Shown piece by piece: positions 1 to 7,066 of a stretch of DNA of 34,394 nucleotides; the first letter of the stretch is position 1; the number at the start of each line of letters is the position of its first letter. Where the stretch lies: assembly GCA_947085305.1 (NCBI GenBank), contig CAMTVV010000107.1:1-34394 (forward strand). Direction: 5' to 3'. The DNA comes from an uncultured Nitrospiraceae bacterium (GTDB lineage Bacteria; Nitrospirota; Thermodesulfovibrionia; Thermodesulfovibrionales; UBA9159). The position numbers and the translations under genes are program-made. The notes under the pieces are model-generated. The model ran no database searches, had not been told where the DNA came from, and worked only from the letters and a program-made list of their open reading frames with translations.

Positions 1-624
1 CACATGGGACTTTCACGGAAAAGCGCAACGGATAAGGTGGTGGAGCTCTTAAAGGCCGTGAAGATCCCCTCTCCTGAGATACGGATGAGGGAATATCCCC
101 ATCAGATGTCAGGGGGGATGAGACAGCGGATAATGATCGCCATGGCTATCGCATGCAACCCTTCCCTTCTCATTGCGGACGAACCCACAACAGCGCTGGA
201 TGTGACCATAGAGGCGCAGATCCTTGAACTTATGAGGAATCTGAGAGAGGAAAGAAATATGGCGGTCCTGCTCATCACTCACGACATCGGAGTAATTGCT
301 GAAAATGCGGAGAGGGCTGCGATCATGTATGCAGGCAGAATCATGGAGATCTCCCGGGTCTCAGGGGTGCTCGAAACACCAAAGCATCCCTACACCATAG
401 GACTTCTGGAATCCCTCCCAAAGCGAAAGGGGATTCCCCTCAAACCTATCCCGGGTTCAGTGCCGAGGCCGGAAGAACTCCCGCCGGGCTGCAAGTTTTC
501 GGACCGGTGCGGATATATGATTCCCGACTGCCGGAAAGAGGAGCCCGCTCTCCGGGAGATTACGCGCGGTCATTTCGCGCGGTGCATAAGGGCTGAGGAG
601 ATGCAGTGGACATTATTGATGTAG
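1..624 (+). CDS. Oligopeptide/dipeptide ABC transporter ATP-binding protein (OppD/DppD type), 5' end outside window
   Basis: The frame of ORF 4..624 is open to the window edge. ABC signature QMSGGMRQR, Walker [14 protein letters not shown]-loop ITHD, and the Opp-type C-terminal extension (KHPYT..LL.S.P) are present. Confidence 0.9.
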   Translation, partial: HMGLSRKSATDKVVELLKAVKIPSPEIRMREYPHQMSGGMRQRIMIAMAIACNPSLLIADEPTTALDVTIEAQILELMRNLREERNMAVLLITHDIGVIAENAERAAIMYAGRIMEISRVSGVLETPKHPYTIGLLESLPKRKGIPLKPIPGSVPRPEELPPGCKFSDRCGYMIPDCRKEEPALREITRGHFARCIRAEEMQWTLLM

Positions 625-1589
625 TTGACCTCAGGAAATATTTTCCTGTGAAAGCCGGACCCTTTATGAAACAGGGGGCGCTTAAGGCGGTGGACGGGGT
701 GAGTATCTCCATAAGGCAAGGCAAAGTCTTTTCCCTGGTAGGGGAAAGCGGCTGCGGGAAATCCACGGTGGCCAGGCTGGTCCTTAGGCTTATGAAACCT
801 ACCGGCGGAGACATACTGTTTAAAGGAAGCAGGGTCTCCGAACTTGAGGGAGAATCCTTAAGGGCCTTCAGGAAATCGGTACAGATAATATTTCAGGACC
901 CCTTTGCATCTCTTAACCCGAGGATGAAGGTCATTGATACCCTTTCCGAGCCCCTGAAGATCCATAAGATTGTTCCAAAGAAAGAGATTAAGGAAAAGGT
1001 GGTGAGCCTCCTGAAAAGTGTGGGGCTCCAGGCCGACGTGCTGGACCGCTACCCCCACGAATTCAGCGGGGGCCAGAGACAGAGGATATGCATTGCGCGG
1101 GCCCTTGCGGTATCCCCTGAGGTTATCGTGGCTGATGAACCCCTCTCGGCGCTGGATGTATCAATACAGGCTCAGGTGCTGAACATCCTCCAGGACCTGA
1201 AAAAGGAATCGAATATCTCTTTCCTCTTTATCAGCCACGATCTCCGGGTGGTGCAGTATTTCAGCGACGAGGTGGGAGTGATGTATCTTGGAAAGATCGT
1301 CGAAAATGCAAAGGCAGAAGACCTCTTTGATAATCCCCTTCACCCTTACACGGTCGTCCTGCTCTCATCCGCTCCGAAGATAAGGCCGGACGGTCAGAAG
1401 AGGACGATCCTTAAGGGGGATGTGCCGAGTCCCATAGACATACCCGGCGGATGTCCCTTCCATCCGAGATGCCCGAAGAGATTTGATCCCTGTGATACCG
1501 TTGTGCCGCAGTTGAAAGAGCCGGTGGGACACGGATTCAGCGGAAGGCTTGTCTCCTGTCACCTCTGGAATCCCTACCGAGAATACTGA
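606..1589 (+). CDS. Oligopeptide/dipeptide ABC transporter ATP-binding protein (OppF/DppF type)
   Basis: Walker A GESGCGKST, signature FSGGQRQR, Walker B VIVADEPLSALD, H-loop ISHD, C-terminal HPYT motif. GTG start overlaps the upstream ATPase gene by 19 nt. Confidence 0.9.
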   Translation: MDIIDVVDLRKYFPVKAGPFMKQGALKAVDGVSISIRQGKVFSLVGESGCGKSTVARLVLRLMKPTGGDILFKGSRVSELEGESLRAFRKSVQIIFQDPFASLNPRMKVIDTLSEPLKIHKIVPKKEIKEKVVSLLKSVGLQADVLDRYPHEFSGGQRQRICIARALAVSPEVIVADEPLSALDVSIQAQVLNILQDLKKESNISFLFISHDLRVVQYFSDEVGVMYLGKIVENAKAEDLFDNPLHPYTVVLLSSAPKIRPDGQKRTILKGDVPSPIDIPGGCPFHPRCPKRFDPCDTVVPQLKEPVGHGFSGRLVSCHLWNPYREY

Positions 1590-1604
1590 TAAGCTTGAAG
1601 CTCT

Positions 1605-1740
1605 TAATACAAACGCATTAAGTAAGTTGACATAATTCTTTAGTGTTGTCATTCCCGCTTGTCGGGAATCCTTCTTAAAGAAAGATGCCGAACAAGTCGG
1701 CATGACAGAAAATGTAACATTATTTATTGCGTTTGTATTA
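1605..1740. repeat. MITE-like element bounded by inverted repeats and containing two short GC hairpins
   Basis: Exact 13-bp inverted termini: TAATACAAACGCA at 1605-1617 and TGCGTTTGTATTA at 1728-1740, extending imperfectly to about 27 bp. Inside are hairpins ATTCCCG-cttgt-CGGGAAT and ATGCCGA-acaag-TCGGCAT, nested in TGTCAT...ATGACA. Confidence 0.6.
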
Positions 1741-1851
1741 GTTCATCGCTCATGGCGCATGAAAAAGCTCATGGCTCATAGTTCATTGCTCATGGTTTTT
1801 ACTATCAGCTATGAGCTATCAGCCAATTTGCTATGAGCTACTCTTGCTGAA
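1741..1851. repeat. Heptad-periodic inverted-repeat array (GCTCATG-type words)
   Basis: Left arm: gttcatc gctcatg gcgcatg (aaaaa) gctcatg gctcata gttcatt gctcatg. Right arm holds complementary words: tatcagc tatgagc tatcagc ... tatgagc. Lies between the convergent oppF-like and tlpA-like genes. Confidence 0.7.
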
Positions 1852-2355
1852 TTAATGGATTCCCAATACCGCATTGATCTTATCCCGGACATTGGCAGAC
1901 TCCCATTCCTCTTCCCCGAGATATTTCTGAACAATGGCTCCTTTTTTGTCCAAAAGAAACGTGGTCGGCAGGGAAAATACCTTAAATTGTCTTGCCGCCT
2001 TGCTGCCGGAATCCATGAGCACAGGGAAGTCTACAGGGTTCTTGCCGAGAAAATCCTTTACCGGGGATGCGCTCCTGTCAGTCGAAACAGCTACGACAAC
2101 AAGACCCTTGTTGCGGTATTCCCTGTAAAGCCTGTTGAGAGAGGGCATCTCATCCCGGCAGGGAGGGCACCACGTGGCCCAAAAATTTATCAGCACCACA
2201 TTTCCCTTAAGAGAGGACAGAGAGACGGTTTTCTCGTTCATGTTCTTCAGGGTAAACTCGGGAGCCTTTTTCCCCACCAGTTCATCTATGTCCCACGGCG
2301 AGGGAGCTGCCGCGATGAGGAAGAGAAAAGAAAGAACGATCAGGAAATATCTCAT
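1852..2355 (-). CDS. TlpA/ResA-family thiol:disulfide oxidoreductase (secreted thioredoxin-like protein)
   Basis: N-terminal hydrophobic signal MRYFLIVLSFLFLIAAA. Thioredoxin active site WATWCPPC in the typical TlpA context (VLINFWATWCPPCR). Confidence 0.85.
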   Translation of the reverse strand: MRYFLIVLSFLFLIAAAPSPWDIDELVGKKAPEFTLKNMNEKTVSLSSLKGNVVLINFWATWCPPCRDEMPSLNRLYREYRNKGLVVVAVSTDRSASPVKDFLGKNPVDFPVLMDSGSKAARQFKVFSLPTTFLLDKKGAIVQKYLGEEEWESANVRDKINAVLGIH

Positions 2356-2384
2356 GTCACCTCGGAAAACGATAAATTCTTGCT

Positions 2385-2828
2385 TTATTTTACAGCCACA
2401 ATCGGCTCTTTCGCAACATCTTTCTCGTAAGCAATCGTGTTTTTGTTTTGGTCTTTCCGGCTGAATGCCCTGAAAAATTCTCTGGAAGCATTTTTAAACA
2501 CCAAAAACTCTTCGAAATCAAGGGGGAATATTTCAAAAACATATTTTCTTCCAGCCAAACTTTCAGGGAAAATATTTTTCAAATAAAAACTGCTTGATCC
2601 GGTAACGAAAAACTTGATGTCCTGATGATCATGCAGATATTTGACGGCCCTTACGATTGGCGGCATGGCCTGAATTTCGTCAAGAAAGACGTATGTCTTT
2701 TTTCTCGTGTCAATGCCTATTTTTTCAAAGTTAAGAAGGATGTTATTAAAATCAGCTTCTTCAAAGCTGCGCCGGGTTCTTTTTGGAACGGCGCTGGAAT
2801 ATGGAGGGGATGAGCGGGACACTTCCAA
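2385..2828 (-). pseudogene. Fragment of an AAA+ ATPase of the AAA_14/DUF4143 type (lacks Walker A and the C-terminal half)
   Basis: Contains the family's central motifs VFLDEIQ, FVTGSSS, ESLAGR and PLDFEEFL. No GxxxxGK[ST] lies upstream, and the ORF ends about 250 aa short of the full-length paralog at 8603..9799. Confidence 0.55.
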
Positions 2829-3122
2829 TACCGTTCGGCATGATATTTGTCGTTGGCTTTCAATGTTATAACTTACTGATATAACTGGACAATAAGCTAT
2901 ATGCCTTTACGAGGTTTAGTTATGGGGTGGATTGTGACCTACAGGCCGTTTCCACTCAGCAACTGAAATAACCAATTATTTCATATGGTTACATATTCAG
3001 CCTTGGCTGTCAATATTCATGCCGACACTATAGCTTATAGAAAATATCAGAAAATGAATGAAAATGAGGTAAGCATTCAATAAACCAATCGTGCGGATTA
3101 ACAGTAAGGATAACCTTGCTCC

Positions 3123-3296
3123 TCACAGCCGCACCAACGCGACGCCGGCGATACCCTTGAAATGTTTCTTGTCAAAGGTATGGATCTCGCTTGCTCCCTT
3201 TTCCTGAGCAAAAGCGGCGATCTAGGCATCCACAAGATCAATGCCTTTGGTCCGGTACCGCCTCAGGGCAGAACGGACTATCGTATCATCCGGGAC
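3123..3296 (-). pseudogene. PIN-domain (VapC-like) toxin remnant: C-terminal part only, with an in-frame TAG
   Basis: Manual minus-strand translation gives VPDDTIVRSALRRYRTKGIDLVDA*IAAFAQEKGASEIHTFDKKHFKGIAGVALVRL*. This matches the C-terminal PIN pattern (..DA.IAA.A......TFD..F). The N-terminal acidic-residue region is absent. Confidence 0.55.
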
Positions 3297-3531
3297 AGTA
3301 AGTCCCGGCGTATTCTTTTGCCTTCTTTCTTATATCCTCAAAGTCAGCTTGCTGCTGCTTGCCCTTCAGGACTCCCCTGAAATCCTGGAGCGTCTTGGCT
3401 GTTTTGACAACGAGCTTTTCGTCTTCTTTCTCAAAAACCACGATGCTGCCGGTCTGGATATGGAGCAAGTCCCGCACCTCTTTCGGCAGCGTGCTCTGCC
3501 CCTTGGATGTAACCTTTGCAAGCGCTGTCAT
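3286..3531 (-). CDS. AbrB/MazE/SpoVT-family antitoxin (VapB-like), now orphaned
   Basis: MTALAKVTSKGQSTLPKEVRDLL..GS.VVF is the swapped-hairpin AbrB-type motif. ATG at 3531 is preceded by GGAGAGGAAAG. The longer ORF start at 3705 has no support. Confidence 0.75.
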   Translation of the reverse strand: MTALAKVTSKGQSTLPKEVRDLLHIQTGSIVVFEKEDEKLVVKTAKTLQDFRGVLKGKQQQADFEDIRKKAKEYAGTYCPG

Positions 3532-3613
3532 GTCTTCTCTTTCCTCTCCTCTCTGCCTGCCAACCTTCCGAGACCGCATCCCGAAATCTGCTAAACTATA
3601 TTGAAGGTTTTCA

Positions 3614-4399
3614 GTGCATACCGTTGAGTCGCCAGAATCGATTTTGAAGTGTGGGTTAGCCGAGCTTTCCCTCGCATATTCCCACGTCCAGATCAGGACA
3701 TTCATGACCTATCTCTCCGAGCTGAAGAAATGGAACAAGGCGTACAACCTCACTGCCTTAAAAACGGACGAAGATATAATCGTAAAGCATTTCCTGGACT
3801 CGTTACTCTATCTTAAGGCAATACCGGAGGGTGAGGTGAGTGTTATGGATGTGGGAAGCGGCGCCGGGTTCCCGGGAATACCGATAAAGATTGTCAGGCC
3901 TGAGATTGCGATGTATCTTGTAGAGCCGTCGAGGAAGAAGGCGAGCTTCCTGCGCCATATCATCAGCGCCCTCGGACTTGAAAAGATTGAGGTTGTGGAG
4001 AAAAGAATTGAGGAGATCAAAGCATTGTCGGTCGACGTCGCGGTGACGAGGGCCCTGTTTGACATAAGGGATTTCTGCAGGAAGGCATTTCCCTTGCTAA
4101 AAGAAGGTGGAAGGCTTATTGTGAGCAAAGGCCCAAAGGTGAATGAAGAACTGAAAGCAGCAAAGAGGATGGATTATGAGTTATTGACCCTGACCTTGCC
4201 CCCTTCGAAGATAAAACGTTTTATCGTGGTGATTGCCAAAGGAGATCAAGAACCAAAAACAGCAGGAAAACTTAATCCAGCAAGGCTCGACAATGCACAA
4301 TCAAACAGCGCCGACGTATGCGTTAACGCTGAATGCCGCCTGCGAAAAGCCGGATGTAAAGGGTTCGAAGCATGTCCTGGATTTAAGTCAAGAGCCTGA
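3614..4399 (+). CDS. rsmG: 16S rRNA (guanine527-N7)-methyltransferase RsmG (GidB) with about 50-aa C-terminal extension
   Basis: SAM-binding motif VMDVGSGAGFPGIPIKI, then YLVEPSRKKASFL and VVEKRIEE as in GidB. Lies in the synteny rsmG-parA-parB. GTG start, so the exact start is uncertain. Confidence 0.85.
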   Translation: MHTVESPESILKCGLAELSLAYSHVQIRTFMTYLSELKKWNKAYNLTALKTDEDIIVKHFLDSLLYLKAIPEGEVSVMDVGSGAGFPGIPIKIVRPEIAMYLVEPSRKKASFLRHIISALGLEKIEVVEKRIEEIKALSVDVAVTRALFDIRDFCRKAFPLLKEGGRLIVSKGPKVNEELKAAKRMDYELLTLTLPPSKIKRFIVVIAKGDQEPKTAGKLNPARLDNAQSNSADVCVNAECRLRKAGCKGFEACPGFKSRA

Positions 4400-4412
4400 A
4401 AGCCTGCCGTCA

Positions 4413-4428
4413 TGTTCCACGTGGAACA
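4413..4428. promoter_or_regulatory. parS: parS centromere-like site (perfect 16-bp palindrome)
   Basis: TGTTCCACGTGGAACA matches the conserved chromosomal parS consensus tGTTNCACGTGAAACa. Located 14 nt after the rsmG stop. Confidence 0.85.
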
Positions 4429-4649
4429 TTTGCCCCTCCTTCCATTTTCTTGCCTTTTCACCATTTTTTGATACACTGGAAAATAAAACGGCAACCAGGA
4501 GGTTTATATGAGATATTTCTTTTTAATGATAGTTGTCCTGGCGTGGTCTATGAGAAGGCTGACAGGCGTTCATGGGAAGCGATGAAACTGTTTTTTGCCG
4601 AGATATTCAGATAGGGGAATGAGTATAAAAACACGAGGAGGTATTGGAC

Positions 4650-5045
4650 ATGGCAAGGGCTAAGAAGGTAAAACAACTCAGCTTTACCCTGCCGACGAGG
4701 GCGGGACTGCTTTCGGATGTGACCAGCGCCGTTGCAGACGCAAAGGTGAACATCACCGCAATATGCGCTTACGAGATGGCGAAAAACGCTTACTTCATGC
4801 TCGCCACAGACAGCGCTGCGAAGGCGAGGAAATCCCTTGCTTTCCTGAGGATAGGGATCGAAATAGAAGATGTTGTTGTGAAAATGCCTAACAAGGCGGG
4901 AGAGCTGCGGAAGGTGGCGAAAAGGATTGCGGACGCAGGGCTCAATATTGATTACATGTATGGAACTGCGGCAGCGGGAAAATCTTCAATGTGTGTCTTC
5001 AAAACATCAGATGATAAAAAGATGGTTAAGGTGATCAACAAATGA
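4650..5045 (+). CDS. ACT-domain-containing protein (tandem ACT-like halves)
   Basis: Two repeats of the ACT-like pattern (LPTRAGLLSDVTSAVADAKVNI... and MPNKAGELRKVAKRIADAGLNI...). ATG at 4650 lies 8 nt after GAGGAGG; the track start at 4644 is TTG. Confidence 0.65.
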   Translation: MARAKKVKQLSFTLPTRAGLLSDVTSAVADAKVNITAICAYEMAKNAYFMLATDSAAKARKSLAFLRIGIEIEDVVVKMPNKAGELRKVAKRIADAGLNIDYMYGTAAAGKSSMCVFKTSDDKKMVKVINK

Positions 5046-5419
5046 GGCAGGAGAATTTCCCGGAACAGGCTATAAAGAATAGTCACCGCTTATCGCGCCT
5101 GAGGGTTGTGGAGTTGGTCGTTCCAAATAGCACAGTGCAGCAGATTGACTATCTGTTCCACGCCCTTGCCCGGAAGCGCTCAGATCAGTTACACTTAATA
5201 ATATGAGCGTCAAACCCGCAGCCGAAAAAGAGTTCTGTATTCACCTCGAAAAGAGGGTGATCGAGAGGGTGAGCAGGGGGATTCCCATGGATATGAGCCC
5301 CGACCTTGTTCTCCGGGTATGCCATTTCCCTTTGCCTTCTCTGACGGGCATTCAGTGCCGTGTAGCTCTTGATGGCACTCCCTGCCCGCATAGCGGTCCC
5401 TACGGCAACAACTGAAAAA

Positions 5420-5435
5420 TGTTCCACGTGGAACA
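5420..5435. promoter_or_regulatory. parS: parS centromere-like site (second identical copy)
   Basis: Identical TGTTCCACGTGGAACA, 47 nt upstream of the parA ATG. Confidence 0.85.
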
Positions 5436-5482
5436 TTACGCAACCTTGCCCTGCTGCCCTTAACTCTGTTAGAATTACGGCA

Positions 5483-6262
5483 ATGGCCAATATCATTGCC
5501 ATCGTAAACCAGAAGGGCGGGGTCGGAAAGACCACCACTGCTGTTAATCTTGGGGCTTCCCTTGCCCTGGCTGAGAAGGACATCCTCCTGATAGATACGG
5601 ACCCGCAGGGCAATTCCACAAGCGGGCTCGGCATAAACCGTGATGAGATAAAGAAAAGTCTCTATGATGCCTATGCCGGCAGGTGCGTGCCTGACGAAGC
5701 TATTGTGTCCAGCGTCATGCAGCATCTGGATGTTATCCCTTCCACCGTGGATCTTCTCGGCGTAGAGGTGGAACTGGTGGGAAAAGAGGGCAGGGAAAGC
5801 ATTCTTTCCAGGATCATAGCCGACTTAAAAAAGGAGTATAAATACATACTTATCGATTGCCCTCCCTCTCTGGGCTTGCTCTCTCTGAATGCCCTTGTGG
5901 CAGCGAATTCGGTAATCGTGCCGGTTCAATGCGAATACTATGCCCTTGAGGGGCTCAGCCTTCTTACAAGGACTCTGCATCGAGTGAGAAATTCCTTTAA
6001 TCCCTCCCTTGAGATGAAGGGCATCCTTCTTACGATGTTTGATACAAGGAACAGTCTGTCAGAACAGGTTGCTCAGGAAGTGAGAAAGCACTTTGGAGAA
6101 CAGGTATTCGACACTGTGGTCCCCCGTAATGTAACCCTTGCCGAGGCGCCGAGCCACGGCAAACCCATAATCCTTTATGACGCCCGCTCCAGTGGGGCGC
6201 AGAGCTATCTATCCCTGGCAAAGGAGATTCTGAATGAAAACGGCGTTGGGCAGGGGTCTTGA
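5483..6262 (+). CDS. parA: Chromosome partitioning ATPase ParA/Soj
   Basis: N-terminus MANIIAIVNQKGGVGKTTTAVNL (deviant Walker A), ILLIDTDPQGN, ILIDCPPSLG. The upstream extension to 5369 would read through parS and is not homologous. Confidence 0.9.
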   Translation: MANIIAIVNQKGGVGKTTTAVNLGASLALAEKDILLIDTDPQGNSTSGLGINRDEIKKSLYDAYAGRCVPDEAIVSSVMQHLDVIPSTVDLLGVEVELVGKEGRESILSRIIADLKKEYKYILIDCPPSLGLLSLNALVAANSVIVPVQCEYYALEGLSLLTRTLHRVRNSFNPSLEMKGILLTMFDTRNSLSEQVAQEVRKHFGEQVFDTVVPRNVTLAEAPSHGKPIILYDARSSGAQSYLSLAKEILNENGVGQGS

Positions 6263-7061
6263 ATCCCTTCTCCCTGAAAAGACTCAGGAAATCATCAATA
6301 TTGACATCACCAGGATAATCCCCGGAGACCAGCAGCCAAGGAAGGTCTTTAAGGACACAGCCTTGCAGGACATGGCTGCTTCCATAAAGGAAAAAGGGGT
6401 ATTGCAGCCGATCATCGTTTCACGGACAGGGGACGGCGCCTTCAGGCTTATTGCCGGGGAGAGAAGGTGGAGGGCCTCATCCCTGGCAGGACTCAAGAAG
6501 ATACCCGCCATTGTGAAGGAAGTTTCTTCTGCAGATTCCCTCGAGATAGCGCTGATCGAAAACATCCAGAGGGAAGACCTCAATCCTATGGAGACGGCAG
6601 GGGCCTTTAATCGCCTGCTGAAGGACTTTAATCTCACGCAGGAGGAGCTTTCCGTAAAGGTCGGAAAGGACCGGGCAACCGTGGCAAATTATCTTCGGCT
6701 TTTGAAGCTCCCGGAGGAGATAAAGACATTCGTCAATGACGGCTCCCTGAGCATGGGCCATGCCCGCGCCATTCTCTCGATTGAAGGAAAGGCCAACCAG
6801 GTGGAGGCAGCAAGAAGGATAATCCATAAGAGCCTGAACGTCAGGGAGTCCGAAGCCCTTGCGAAAAAATGGAGCGCCGGGGCAAAAAAGAAGACAGTTC
6901 ACCATAAGAAGGATCCGCAGATAGAATCCCTTCAGGAGAAGCTTATCCGGAGCCTCGGCACAAAGGTCCGCATCCACCATAAAGGGAAAAAGGGGAGGAT
7001 AGAGATAGAATACTACTCTCTGGATGAACTGGACAGGCTCTTAGATATTTTGATTCAGTAA
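6234..7061 (+). CDS. parB: Chromosome partitioning protein ParB/Spo0J
   Basis: LGRGLESLLP N-terminal motif, ParB box GERRWRAS, HTH region LTQEELSVKVGKDRATVANYLRLL. Overlaps parA by 29 nt. Confidence 0.9.
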   Translation: MKTALGRGLESLLPEKTQEIINIDITRIIPGDQQPRKVFKDTALQDMAASIKEKGVLQPIIVSRTGDGAFRLIAGERRWRASSLAGLKKIPAIVKEVSSADSLEIALIENIQREDLNPMETAGAFNRLLKDFNLTQEELSVKVGKDRATVANYLRLLKLPEEIKTFVNDGSLSMGHARAILSIEGKANQVEAARRIIHKSLNVRESEALAKKWSAGAKKKTVHHKKDPQIESLQEKLIRSLGTKVRIHHKGKKGRIEIEYYSLDELDRLLDILIQ

Positions 7062-7066
7062 AAGAA

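Noticed and set aside
1365-1703. 112-aa minus-strand ORF (MPTCSASFFKKDSRQAGMT...)
   Set aside because: Its N-terminus is a literal translation of the hairpin repeat element at 1605-1740. The rest is antisense to the oppF-like gene. No RBS is present.
1741-1851. Possibility that the short repeats are a CRISPR array (also at 12055, 19409, 33643)
   Set aside because: The period is 7 nt with no unique spacers of about 30 nt. The arms are inverted relative to each other. No cas genes are in the window.
1855-2464. Plus-strand ORFs of 191, 64 and 109 aa
   Set aside because: They are antisense to the TlpA-like gene, which has a signal peptide and a CPPC active site. They lack RBS and motifs.
3162-3604. 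Plus-strand ORFs of 72, 117 and 81 aa
   Set aside because: They are antisense to the AbrB-type antitoxin and the PIN remnant. The minus-strand reading gives clear family motifs.
5185-5725. Two minus-strand ORFs (149 and 171 aa) across the parS/parA start region
   Set aside because: They overlap the well-supported parA N-terminus and the parS site, have no recognisable domains or RBS, and one is antisense to parA.
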